From positions 4,328-68,327 of IMG/VR virus record IMGVR_UViG_3300030329_004107: 64,000 nt of DNA. The stretch is one strand, 5' to 3'. The DNA is from a virus. The notes beneath the pieces are model-generated. The model saw only the letters and a list, made by a program, of their open reading frames with translations. It ran no database searches and was not told the origin of the DNA. A program made the translations under genes and the position numbers. This document shows, one piece after another, positions 21,977 to 31,220 of the stretch (its first letter is position 1; every line of letters starts with the position of its first letter).

Positions 21977-22733
21977 AGATTCAAGAACCAAAAAAGAAAT
22001 CGAAGCCGATCTCAAAGTGAAGCACGCTGAAGCCCGTAAAGCCGAAGCTGAAGCTCGCAAATTTGAGGCCGAAGCTTTGCAAGAAGAAATCTTGGCTAAT
22101 AGAGCTTATGAAGACGACATGAGAAAGAAAGCTCAAGATAAAGAGAATTTTTTATATAGATTTTCTGGAGACGTTAGGTCTTCTTCAGTTCAATTATGTA
22201 TGGAAAAACTTACTCAGTGGTCGCGGATGCACCCCGGATGCGATATTGAAATCATCTTTTCTTCTCCCGGTGGCAGCATTATCGATGGATTCGAGCTTTT
22301 TGACTTTATTCAACATTTAAGGAATAAAGGACACAAGATCACTACGGGCACGTTAGGTATGGCTGCATCTATGGCGGGCATTTTGTTAATGGCTGGAGAT
22401 ATTAGATGGGTTGGCAAACAGGCTTGGATAATGATTCATCGTGCAGCTTTTGGCGCGATGGGTAAAACTTATGAAATCGAGGACGAGGTAGAATTCGTTA
22501 AAAGGATTGAGGGACGGATTTTAGACATATTTGTTTCTAGGTCCAAACTCACTAAGCAAAAAATCAAAAGAAACTGGGATCGCAAAGATTGGTGGATTAG
22601 CGCTGATGAAGCGATGGAATTAGAGTTGGTTGACGAAATTCGTGCAGTTATGCCTGAACAAATGAAAGGCCAGAACGATGGAAAACAGCCGAGAAAGACT
22701 AGAAGCAATACGAAGTCTAAGAAAAGAAGTTAA
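21969..22733 (+). CDS. clpP: ClpP-family serine protease with N-terminal coiled extension
   Basis: SSPGGS, AASMA, IMIH, DWWISADEA...LVDEI. Confidence 0.85.
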   Translation: MSEDSRTKKEIEADLKVKHAEARKAEAEARKFEAEALQEEILANRAYEDDMRKKAQDKENFLYRFSGDVRSSSVQLCMEKLTQWSRMHPGCDIEIIFSSPGGSIIDGFELFDFIQHLRNKGHKITTGTLGMAASMAGILLMAGDIRWVGKQAWIMIHRAAFGAMGKTYEIEDEVEFVKRIEGRILDIFVSRSKLTKQKIKRNWDRKDWWISADEAMELELVDEIRAVMPEQMKGQNDGKQPRKTRSNTKSKKRS

Positions 22734-22899
22734 GGACTTGGGTTCTCTAAGTTTAGACATAATTACCAAGTTTAAGCACTTCGACTATAGCCGTTTTGAG
22801 ATCGAGGACGCTCTCCTTAAGGCTATAAACATAAACAAACGCTGCCACACGCTCCATGATAAGTTACGCATCTTAGAGGGGGAGATGAGAAATTCTTAA
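22678..22899 (+). CDS. Hypothetical protein
   Basis: ORF overlapping the clpP end. Confidence 0.45.
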   Translation: MENSRERLEAIRSLRKEVKDLGSLSLDIITKFKHFDYSRFEIEDALLKAININKRCHTLHDKLRILEGEMRNS

Positions 22900-22947
22900 T
22901 TAAGCATTGTTGAAACCCTTCGGGATTTCACCTTACTGCTGAAAAAC

Positions 22948-23736
22948 TCAATTAATATCTTTTAATTTCTTGATTAAAAATTTAATCAATTCAGAGCGCA
23001 TGATATCCTCTTCATCAAATGTAAAGGTATAAATTCCTTTATTAATTGAATCTTCATCTTCATTAAATAAATTAAACATCTTTTCGAAACCATGCTGTTT
23101 GTCCTCATGCTTGAGATCGGTCTGCATAGGATCGGCAAGAATAAAGCAACGTGAACCGTTACCCATTCTAGTTAATACAGTAGTAATTTCCTTCATAGTT
23201 GAATTTTGTGCTTCATCTAAAATAATGCACTTATCAGTCCAATTCATTCCTCTTGCAAAATTTACAGGAAACATACTAATTCTCTTTTCTTGCTCAAGTT
23301 TCTCAGGCCGCCCCTTGGCTAACAATTCATCTAATTTATCAATAAATGGCATATTAAAAAATCTAAGCTTTTCATCGGCAGTGCCCGGTAAAAAGCCCAA
23401 AGATTTATCTGAAGATTCTACGGCGCTCCGAAGATACATAATACTATCAATTACTTTCATATTTAACATTTGTAATGCACAATAAGTAGAAAGTAAGGTT
23501 TTAGCCGTTCCTGCGGGGCCGTTAACAAATACTATTTTAGTGGAAGGATGTAATGCTACTTTAAAAAATTCTTTTTGCTTTGTCGTCCATGAAAATTGAT
23601 TTATTTTAATAACTCTTGTTATTGGATTTGCAACTTGATGCTGTTTTTTGTGGTTTTCGTGGATTAGTTCTTCAGGAAGCTTCTTGTCGCCGCGAATCTT
23701 AATCCGACCCTCGATGGGCATATCGTTATCGTCCAT
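22948..23736 (-). CDS. phoH: PhoH-family ATPase
   Basis: GPAGTAKT, LGFLPG, ILDEAQN, LTRMG, DPMQTD. Confidence 0.9.
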   Translation of the reverse strand: MDDNDMPIEGRIKIRGDKKLPEELIHENHKKQHQVANPITRVIKINQFSWTTKQKEFFKVALHPSTKIVFVNGPAGTAKTLLSTYCALQMLNMKVIDSIMYLRSAVESSDKSLGFLPGTADEKLRFFNMPFIDKLDELLAKGRPEKLEQEKRISMFPVNFARGMNWTDKCIILDEAQNSTMKEITTVLTRMGNGSRCFILADPMQTDLKHEDKQHGFEKMFNLFNEDEDSINKGIYTFTFDEEDIMRSELIKFLIKKLKDIN

Positions 23737-23794
23737 TATACAATAATTTACACAATAATCAGGTGTTTATTACTCAAAATGAAAACTAAAAAAA

Positions 23795-24508
23795 CTACGC
23801 CGCGAGCCACCCTGTCACAGATAGGCGTTTTTGGCGAACTCCGGGTACAACATGGGACACGTAATGCGGAATTCCATTCCGCGAAGGTATATCAAATAAT
23901 ACAAGACGATTAAATGTAGAAATTACTACCTTCTTTATTGTTTTATAATCTTGTTCTAATATGTATAAATTACCTCCATAAGAGGGATGCCAACCTTTAG
24001 TTAAGCTATACACTGTTCCTGCTGTTCCTTTTTTGTGGTCGTGGTGCGGAGATAAGAATTGATTTTCTGTAAAACGAGATGCAAATATCTCTCCTTTTTG
24101 TAATTTTTGTTCTACGCCAGTTATATTGTTAACAAATTCGTTCATAGCCGCGCCAGAGAAGAAATTTATATAATTGCATAAAGTACAACCACAATTTTCA
24201 ACATGATCGTGTGTTCTATCAAAAATATAAGAAAATTCATTGTCATGAAACGAATTGTATATGTCTGAGTAGTTATTTAAAATCTTTTTTATATTATCAT
24301 CAGTTCTTCTTATGGAAAGCGGCGCGTCGTAGCCTTCGCCGCCAGCTTTCATCGCCGTAAACCACCAATCTTCGGGCATTTTGTTGGCTAGCCAATCCCA
24401 GAGTAGCTCTGCATCCTCTTCTACAAGAAAATTATGTATAATTACATTCTTGCTTTCTTCATAGTCTTCTTTTAATTGATCTATGTTTAAATTAGGATTG
24501 ATTCTCAT
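23795..24508 (-). CDS. 2OG-Fe(II) oxygenase (prolyl-hydroxylase-like)
   Basis: PHHD, YGGNL, FNRLVLF, HYVS, RLSVTGW. Confidence 0.85.
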   Translation of the reverse strand: MRINPNLNIDQLKEDYEESKNVIIHNFLVEEDAELLWDWLANKMPEDWWFTAMKAGGEGYDAPLSIRRTDDNIKKILNNYSDIYNSFHDNEFSYIFDRTHDHVENCGCTLCNYINFFSGAAMNEFVNNITGVEQKLQKGEIFASRFTENQFLSPHHDHKKGTAGTVYSLTKGWHPSYGGNLYILEQDYKTIKKVVISTFNRLVLFDIPSRNGIPHYVSHVVPGVRQKRLSVTGWLAA

Positions 24509-24885
24509 GTCTATTACAGTATATAACAAAAGCGATAAAATTGCAAATATACCGGGGGAATTTTTATGGTTTAATATATTTGTTAAATTATGAATTAGTG
24601 TGGTTTTATAAATGTACCCCCTCCCCCCCGAAAATATATTTAAATGCCTGATTTTTTTTCAAAAAGGGGTGGGGTCACTCCCCAGACATAATAAATGTCA
24701 TTTTATAGGCAACAAAGATAGAAAATGCGGCGATTATCATATAAAAATTCTCCTGTGATGGTGGGGGGGTGTTTTTTTGGTAACATGCCACCCCTTTATA
24801 AAATTAGAGTGATAAAATAGTTTTGATAAGGGGGGGAGGGTCAGGTAGAACAACGAAACACCCCGACCCTCCCCGTGGTGGTAAG

Positions 24886-25146
24886 CTAATAAGTTGGCCG
24901 CTTGCGGTTGAGGCTTTTGGATACAGCGCGAATAGCTTTGACGCTCATGGCGCAAGCAGGAACATGGCTCCAACCATTAGGGCGACGAATGCTCAAATTG
25001 AAATCGTGCATTCCGTGTGGGTAGTGAGCGAGAAAGCCACGAATGAATGCAATAGCTTCCTCGTCAGTGTCTAGCTCGGCAAGCACAACGTTTTTCCAAT
25101 TCGTACCCGCATCGTTTCTTTCGACTGTAAATTTTTCTTGTTTCAT
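24886..25146 (-). CDS. Hypothetical early protein
   Basis: ORF in the micro-gene array. Confidence 0.5.
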   Translation of the reverse strand: MKQEKFTVERNDAGTNWKNVVLAELDTDEEAIAFIRGFLAHYPHGMHDFNLSIRRPNGWSHVPACAMSVKAIRAVSKSLNRKRPTY

Positions 25147-25167
25147 TTTGTCTTTTGGTTAATCTAG

Positions 25168-25359
25168 TTATGCGGCAACCCACTCGTCTTTGCCTGTTTC
25201 AATGTCCGCCAACACAAAGCCAACGGGGTCATCTCCAGACCAGTAGCTTTCTCCGTCAGAACACATCTCCATTTGAATTTCGGTGATGCGCCACAGCTTC
25301 CCGTTATACTCAACGACGTTTCCCACGTCGCTCCAATCGTTGTAATCTTTATCTTTCAT
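25168..25359 (-). CDS. Hypothetical early protein
   Basis: ORF directly after the sigma54-type motif at 25370-25392. Confidence 0.55.
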   Translation of the reverse strand: MKDKDYNDWSDVGNVVEYNGKLWRITEIQMEMCSDGESYWSGDDPVGFVLADIETGKDEWVAA

Positions 25360-25693
25360 AATCTATCCTATACACAGCAGGTTGTGTGCCAAAATCATTA
25401 AACTTTTTTTATGAGACATTTACAGACGCGCTCCCCTTTTTTAGAAGTGCAAAATAGTCTGTCAGCAACACGTTGCGCGTGTTCCTCATTCCTTGCGTTA
25501 ACGAACCCAAGGGTGGCGTCTCCATCGAATGTGAGAACTTCAAATAATTTTTCTTTCTTCATCGTTTTCATCTTCTACCTCTTACACAGCAGGTTGTGTG
25601 CCAAGTTTCTATTCTGCTAGGCCAATGGCCCAACACAGGCCCAAGCCAATCACGGCGCAAGGTGCGGCGATAATTAAAATCTCGTTAATCATT

Positions 25694-25771
25694 TTATCCT
25701 TTCCTTAACTGGCTTGTCAGCCAGCAAAGCCAGAGCAGCGTCAAGCTAAATGCAAATAATGGTTCAATCAT
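25694..25771 (-). CDS. 25-aa membrane micro-protein MIEPLFAFSLTLLWLCWLTSQLRKG
   Basis: Paralog at 48094-48168 supports coding status. Confidence 0.5.
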   Translation of the reverse strand: MIEPLFAFSLTLLWLCWLTSQLRKG

Positions 25772-25947
25772 CTTTAGTCCCTGTCTTTCAGGTTGAGTGG
25801 AGCATTGAATTGGGCATCCCAACGGGCTTGCTCCTCGTCACGCTTTCTGTTGACTTCTTGCCTTGCTTTCATTGCAGCGAGCCATTCGTGTAGGTCGCTC
25901 TTGAACTCGTTTAGGTTTTCTTTGTTGTCTTTCATAATATCTACCTC

Positions 25948-26070
25948 TTACACAGCAGGATGCGTGCCAAGTTCGCGTTGCGTTTGTTCTAGCATTGCTT
26001 CTAGTTGGTCGAGTTGAGCGAGTGCCATCATCAAGGCTCGCTCTAGTTTGGCTTGTTCTTTGTCGTTCAT
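25948..26070 (-). CDS. 40-aa helical micro-protein MNDKEQAKLERALMMALAQLDQLEAML...
   Basis: Follows a sigma70-type promoter; paralog at ~27051-27183. Confidence 0.55.
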   Translation of the reverse strand: MNDKEQAKLERALMMALAQLDQLEAMLEQTQRELGTHPAV

Positions 26071-26139
26071 TGTTGTTATAAGATAGCACAAGATTGGCCA
26101 TTTGTCAAGGGGTAAAATGCATTTTTTTTCAAAAAAAGT

Positions 26140-26186
26140 TTGACACTTGGCACGGAGGCTGCTGCCGCCCCGCCGCACATTGTCAA
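26140..26186. repeat. 47-bp element copy 1 (TTGACACTTGGCACGG...GCACATTGTCAA)
   Basis: Directly visible repeat. Confidence 0.9.
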
Positions 26187-26301
26187 GGGGAAAGGGGAGT
26201 TTTTTTCGGTATGTTTTCAACCTTCCTGTGTTCCCCACACAGCCTTTCCTTTTCCTTTCGGTTCCCCGCTTCATTGCGAGAAATTATAAAATTATCACAT
26301 T

Positions 26302-26326
26302 AAAAAAAAGCCCGCTTTCGCGGGGT
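26302..26326 (-). terminator. Rho-independent terminator
   Basis: CCCGC-GAAA-GCGGG hairpin plus T-run. Confidence 0.7.
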
Positions 26327-26331
26327 GAGGT

Positions 26332-26547
26332 TTACAGAAGCTCGCGCTTCTCGACCCATTTGAGGTAGGCATCGGAGTGATAACCGCACCATTCTTGGTA
26401 CTGGTCATCATACTCGCGAATCTCCTCTTCCCTCACGCGGAAGGACTTGTCGCCATCGACGACCAGCCACTTGCCGTTGCGCGGCGAGGCGGCGACTACT
26501 CCGAGGTAGCCGTTGAGGTTTTCAACCTCCATACCTAATTCGATCAT
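26332..26547 (-). CDS. Hypothetical early protein
   Basis: ORF followed by a terminator. Confidence 0.5.
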   Translation of the reverse strand: MIELGMEVENLNGYLGVVAASPRNGKWLVVDGDKSFRVREEEIREYDDQYQEWCGYHSDAYLKWVEKRELL

Positions 26548-26597
26548 AATGATATTAAAAGGGCGCGATCTCCGAGGCCATCGCGCTGGCCCATATT

Positions 26598-26780
26598 CTA
26601 GTTTGCGTAAAATTCTTCGCTGGTCGGCATCATGTCGCGGAAGTCGTCCTCGATGTTTATAGTGCTTTCCTGCACTCTGGACGACATCGCGGCGGCGATG
26701 CGGTTGGCGTGGTCTTGGTCGGTGGCCCGCACAAATTCGCGTTGGCCGTTTACTTGAGTTTCAAAAATGTTGTCGTTCAT
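26598..26780 (-). CDS. Hypothetical early protein (MNDNIFETQ...)
   Basis: ATG right after a consensus TTGGCACACAACTTGC box. Confidence 0.5.
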   Translation of the reverse strand: MNDNIFETQVNGQREFVRATDQDHANRIAAAMSSRVQESTINIEDDFRDMMPTSEEFYAN

Positions 26781-26812
26781 ACCTATACACAGCAAGTTGT
26801 GTGCCAATTCAT

Positions 26813-27046
26813 TTAAAACTTTTCTACAAAAAATTCTTCGCCCCAAGCTTCCAAGTGAAATTCTTCTTTGGGCAACCATCCCATCCAGCCATCCGATGCA
26901 CGGACAAGCCACATCGGGGGAAAGGCATTGTCATTGCGACGTTCCAGAATGAAACCCTTTGCGCCATGCTCACGGATGCGGTTTTTGGTGCGCGTGGTGG
27001 CTTTGCTGTTGGGGCTGATTAAGATTCTTTGTCCTTCGATGTTCAT
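26813..27046 (-). CDS. Hypothetical early protein (MNIEGQRIL...)
   Basis: ATG right after a sigma54-type box. Confidence 0.5.
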   Translation of the reverse strand: MNIEGQRILISPNSKATTRTKNRIREHGAKGFILERRNDNAFPPMWLVRASDGWMGWLPKEEFHLEAWGEEFFVEKF

Positions 27047-27412
27047 ACTATTACAGAGCAGGATGCGTGCCAAGTTCGTTTTGTGTTTGCTCGACCATTG
27101 CTTCCACTTGGTCGAGTTGGGCGAGTGCCATCATAAAGGCTCGTTGCAGTTCGGCTTGTTGTTCTTCGTTCATCATCATGCATAGAGCATATCACAGAGG
27201 GTGGGACATCCGTAGTCCTACCTTTTGTTTTTCTTTTTCCACTCTTTCACGAGTTGCTTCACTGCTTCCACGGATTCCTTCCAGCGTTGCACGCGTCTTT
27301 CAACCTTGCGCTGCTGCTCTCTCTTTTGTTCTTCAGTCATCATGCGTATACTATAACACAGGGGGTGGGACATCCGCAGTCCTACCAAAAAGAAAGTTGA
27401 AAAAATTTTGCC

Positions 27413-27459
27413 TTGACACTTGGCACGGAGGCGGCTGCGGCCCCGCCGCACATTGTCAA
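27413..27459. repeat. 47-bp element copy 2
   Basis: Directly visible repeat. Confidence 0.9.
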
Positions 27460-27511
27460 GCCCCAATACCAAAAAAGCAAGACAACGTGGGCGAGGTTAG
27501 TATTTAATTAT

Positions 27512-27790
27512 TTAATATTCATCATCTTCCCATTTATAATCTATTGGTGGAAGCAATTCGTAAAGCTCCTCGCCTCTTTGAATGCTCAAAATGTATGGTT
27601 CAATTTCTGGAAGGTAAACGCTTCCCCATTCGTCTGCAAAACCCATGACGAAACCATAAGCAATTCCTTCGCTGTCTGTTTCGCCAAGGTAATATTCCCA
27701 GCCGTGTCGAGTGATAATGTGTTGGGCGACCTCGAATGGTTCGCCGCCATTCATGTGGATGATCTTGCGAGTTTTATGTAATGTTTTCAT
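27512..27790 (-). CDS. Hypothetical protein (DUF2958-like)
   Basis: AYGFVMG..DEWGSVYLPEI pattern. Confidence 0.45.
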   Translation of the reverse strand: MKTLHKTRKIIHMNGGEPFEVAQHIITRHGWEYYLGETDSEGIAYGFVMGFADEWGSVYLPEIEPYILSIQRGEELYELLPPIDYKWEDDEY

Positions 27791-27791
27791 A

Positions 27792-28022
27792 TTAGTTTAA
27801 TTCTGGTCTGGATGTAAAACCATGCGCTGCTTGCACTTGATTCGCTTGCTCGATTAGGTCTGGGCAAGCGTCCCAAGCCCATGCCGAGAACTCAAGAACG
27901 CTCTCGGTGTCTTCGAATTGCGGACTGTCTTTGACGCAATCCCACAGGTCAATGATGGCAATCCAATTGTTTTTATTCCATGTGGCCCATTCGGGCAGTT
28001 CGTTGATGGGTATGTTTTTCAT
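27792..28022 (-). CDS. Hypothetical protein
   Basis: ORF packed in tandem. Confidence 0.5.
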   Translation of the reverse strand: MKNIPINELPEWATWNKNNWIAIIDLWDCVKDSPQFEDTESVLEFSAWAWDACPDLIEQANQVQAAHGFTSRPELN

Positions 28023-28219
28023 TTTTTAGTTCCAGTTTTCTTGGAGGGCAACGACCTCTTTTTCTTCTTCTTCAGTAGGTTGTTTTACTCCGTCGCATAC
28101 TGCGTCGAGCAGCTTGAGAGTAGGCTTGTCAAAGTTCTCCACGGTGTTTTCCTCGTGGCTCCAATCGTTGTGTTCTTCAATCATCATATCTACCTCTTAC
28201 ACAGCAGGATGCGTGCCAA

Positions 28220-28408
28220 CTAGGGTTCTACTTTTCTCAAAAGGCTTTTCTGCATAACGAAATTCGCACCATGCTTTGCGTGAGGAGGAGTGTGCCATAC
28301 CCACACACGGCCCGTTACGGGGCGAGTCGGGTCAAGGTCATGGGTTACAATACCACGCCAACGCGGATTGTCACGGTGCTTTACTTTGTCGTCTACTTTA
28401 ATCTTCAT
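28220..28408 (-). CDS. Small SH3-like/hypothetical early protein
   Basis: KVDDKVKH...GIV pattern; follows a sigma54-type box. Confidence 0.45.
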   Translation of the reverse strand: MKIKVDDKVKHRDNPRWRGIVTHDLDPTRPVTGRVWVWHTPPHAKHGANFVMQKSLLRKVEP

Positions 28409-28647
28409 ATCTACCTCTTACACAGCAGGATGCGTGCCATCTTTAGTCTCTGTCTCTGATGTCATTACCATCGTTGTCGTTGTAATAACCCGACACGCCC
28501 CACTGCTTGTCGTAGTTGGGGAGGTTGTTCGTCACTGGTCGCACAGGGGGAAGCTCAGGCACGGGTACTTCCAATGCGGCTGCTTTTTTGGTTTCTTCTT
28601 TGTCTTTCATAATCTCTACCTATACACAGCAGGTTGTGTGCCAAGTT

Positions 28648-28926
28648 TTAGTCGCCGTGATAGTGGCCTTGCTTGTAATACTGAACCAATTCGTTGTTGC
28701 GGGATTCGGTCAATGCTTGATGCTCCCAGACATTGGAGTAGTGTCTATGCTTGAGGAAAAATTGCCCCTCGAAACAGGCAACCCATGTTTGGAGTTTGCT
28801 GGCCAATTCAATCGCCGCCTCAAGCCCTTCGTGAGACTTGGCGAAATAATGGCTTTCCTCGTTCTCATAATCGTACACGCAATAGTGCGGTGTGGTGTTT
28901 AATTGTTCTTCGTTCATTTTCATCAT
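28648..28926 (-). CDS. Hypothetical early protein
   Basis: ATG after the GGACTACGGATGTCCC promoter motif. Confidence 0.5.
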   Translation of the reverse strand: MMKMNEEQLNTTPHYCVYDYENEESHYFAKSHEGLEAAIELASKLQTWVACFEGQFFLKHRHYSNVWEHQALTESRNNELVQYYKQGHYHGD

Positions 28927-29183
28927 GTGATTAGTATAGCATAGGGGGTGGGACATCCGTAGTCCTAGTGACTTAATTCCCAAGCAATTTCTAGCTTGGC
29001 CCAGCTTCGATTAGTTGTGCCACGCTGGGCAGCGTGTTCAAGCTGACGGAAACGCAAATTCGCTTCATGCTTGGTTTTCTCCTTGCAAGCAAGGGCAACG
29101 TTCTCGGCGGTGGTGTTTTTCTTCGTGTTGTTTTTCATACCCTATACACAGCAGGATGCGTGCCAACCCATTGTTAAGGGGAA

Positions 29184-29260
29184 TGGTAGGCAAGGTGGGA
29201 CTCGAACCCACGACCCACGGTTTAGAAGACCGTTGCTCTATCCAACTGAGCTACTTGCCC
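29184..29260 (-). tRNA. tRNA-Arg(UCU)
   Basis: GGGCAAG acceptor stem, D-arm AGCTCAGTTGGATAGAGC, anticodon arm ACGGT-CTTCTAA-ACCGT, GGTTCGAGTCC T-arm, encoded CCA. Confidence 0.95.
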
Positions 29261-29314
29261 AAATCTGTTCCTATACACAGCAGGATGCGTGCCAACCTCG
29301 ACGCGAAAAAAAAC

Positions 29315-29361
29315 TTGACACTTGGCACGGAGGCCGCTGCCGCCCCAGCGCACATTGTCAA
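29315..29361. repeat. 47-bp element copy 3
   Basis: Directly visible repeat. Confidence 0.9.
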
Positions 29362-29419
29362 AAAAAAAGCGCCACAAAAAAGCAAAGGCGTGGCGGCTTA
29401 TTTGTTATTTGTTCCTTTC

Positions 29420-29614
29420 TTATTTCTTATTTAAATAGCTATCGGTTTCTTCTTCGGAAGCCATTCTCAAATTCTTTGCTTTTAATAGCTCCGGTTTGTT
29501 GTCGTGGTGAGTAACCCACACGCTAGAAGTGTTAGCCTTTGCTCTTGCTCGCCATACTTTACCGGAGGCTTCTTCCGCATAAAGGGAGCCGTTTTTAATA
29601 TGATTAATATTCAT
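29420..29614 (-). CDS. Hypothetical protein
   Basis: ORF with RBS AAAGGA. Confidence 0.5.
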   Translation of the reverse strand: MNINHIKNGSLYAEEASGKVWRARAKANTSSVWVTHHDNKPELLKAKNLRMASEEETDSYLNKK

Positions 29615-29817
29615 CAGTTATCCTTTCATCACTTGGGAAATGTGCGTCTATCTGGTCGGGGTAGATGTACGCTTCTTCTCCATCATCATCTGCAACCCAA
29701 TAGCCATCTTCACAAACCTCTTCTACTATGAATTGTTTTATTCCAATAACAATTAGGTCTTTCTCTTTTATCTTCATTGCTATAATTAGTTTATACTACG
29801 CTTTAAATTTAGTCAAG

Positions 29818-30015
29818 CTAAAATGTTCTATGTATCAAATCTTTTGGTGTGGTGGTTGGTGGTCGCCACCCTTGGTCGCACTTGCAATACTTCGGGCAAT
29901 CATCCTCTGCGCTTCCCTCTTTTGCCACCGTTTCGTGACAGGTGGGGCAAAGGAATAGTCGGCGCATCTGTGGGTAATCTCGGCAAAACTTTTTTGTCTT
30001 TGGCCCATACTTCAT
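29818..30015 (-). CDS. Small Cys-rich (Zn-binding) protein
   Basis: CPTC and CPKYC motifs; RBS AAGGAGG. Confidence 0.5.
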   Translation of the reverse strand: MKYGPKTKKFCRDYPQMRRLFLCPTCHETVAKEGSAEDDCPKYCKCDQGWRPPTTTPKDLIHRTF

Positions 30016-30025
30016 TTAATCCTCC

Positions 30026-30211
30026 TTACAGATAATCCTTACAGATAACGCGGCGCACAGCATCATGGTCAGGTGTGTAGGAATACTCTGTGTGAACCAA
30101 GTCACCCATACCATCCAACACTTCATTTACTGCATCTTGCTTGCTAATTGCTTCGACTTCAAACGTAGCGCAGTGAATCTCGTTTAATTCTACTTTGTAT
30201 AATCTTTTCAT
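30026..30211 (-). CDS. Hypothetical protein
   Basis: FEVEA.S..DA pattern common in small phage proteins. Confidence 0.5.
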   Translation of the reverse strand: MKRLYKVELNEIHCATFEVEAISKQDAVNEVLDGMGDLVHTEYSYTPDHDAVRRVICKDYL

Positions 30212-30212
30212 T

Positions 30213-30413
30213 TTAATCCTCCACTATGTCCATTCGTGCAACGGTGTTTCCGTTATGGTCTTGCGCTGTTACAAAGTCACCAGCATCAACCGCCATCATT
30301 CTTCCAGCGCGAGCCAACAACCTGTCTGTCACATTGTTCATTTCAAACAAGCGTTCCGCAGGAGTATCGCCAAACGCTTCGTTGCCTAGTTCAATTTTAA
30401 TTATAGCTTTCAT
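30213..30413 (-). CDS. Hypothetical protein
   Basis: IELGNEAF...DHNGNTV pattern; follows a sigma54-type box. Confidence 0.55.
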   Translation of the reverse strand: MKAIIKIELGNEAFGDTPAERLFEMNNVTDRLLARAGRMMAVDAGDFVTAQDHNGNTVARMDIVED

Positions 30414-30444
30414 TTGTATGTACGCAGCATGTTCCGTGCCAAGT

Positions 30445-30717
30445 TTACACTTGGGCTTGTGCTTTTACAATATCATCAAATTCCATCATGTGATATTCGT
30501 TCCCGCTTGTAAGGGAGGTTATGTGGTCGTTGTAGAGTGGCACTCGGCCTTCTCGGAGAGAGGCGATGTTTTTTAAATCCACCGCATCAAGTTCGGCGGC
30601 GAGAGTGTTTCTCCGTGTCCCATCATCCCATGTGCGTTGGTCTCGCTCCGCTATGTCTGCTTGAAGGCGACGGATGTGAGCGGAGAATAGTTCGTTTACT
30701 TTTTTGTCTTGTTCCAT
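30445..30717 (-). CDS. Hypothetical protein
   Basis: ORF. Confidence 0.5.
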   Translation of the reverse strand: MEQDKKVNELFSAHIRRLQADIAERDQRTWDDGTRRNTLAAELDAVDLKNIASLREGRVPLYNDHITSLTSGNEYHMMEFDDIVKAQAQV

Positions 30718-30751
30718 AATCTTTATAATGTTTCTATGTCAATGCTTTTTG

Positions 30752-31015
30752 TTAAAGTTTTTTAATGACGTTTATCCAATCTTGTACATCACTTTCATTC
30801 TGCCAACCTTTGACGGTATCACCCCAATCAGCAGGGTCAATCATATGATTGTTAAAGAATACGCCAATTTCATACAAACCTTTTTCGCTACCGTGAGAAA
30901 ACTTATGCTTCACCACGGAAACATCGTAGCCATTAGGTAATTCCACATACGCCTGAATCGCACCTTCTCCATGCGTTTCAGAGATGTCATCAAATTTTAA
31001 ATCTTCAAACTTCAT
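30752..31015 (-). CDS. Conserved-looking phage hypothetical protein
   Basis: PNGYDVSVV...GLYEIGV pattern. Confidence 0.55.
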   Translation of the reverse strand: MKFEDLKFDDISETHGEGAIQAYVELPNGYDVSVVKHKFSHGSEKGLYEIGVFFNNHMIDPADWGDTVKGWQNESDVQDWINVIKKL

Positions 31016-31220
31016 AGTGTTTCAATATAAATGCCTGTTAATATAATAACAATAAAAGACGCGATACCCACGCTAATTACAAAACATAAATCTCTATCGT
31101 CTTTCATAAAATTCTGAACCCTCGTTTTTTAGATGCTCTCCTGCATCACGGGTTCTCTCAAACAACTGACATAATATAGCACACAAAGGTCAGCTTGTCA
31201 AGGGGTGTAATGCATTTTTT

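Larger units (their letters stand above)
27187..28967 (-). promoter_or_regulatory. Three copies of TAGGACTRCGGATGTCCCACCC upstream of a TG/-10-like box
   Basis: Copies at ~27187-27220, ~27350-27384 and ~28933-28967, each just upstream of an ATG. Confidence 0.65.
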
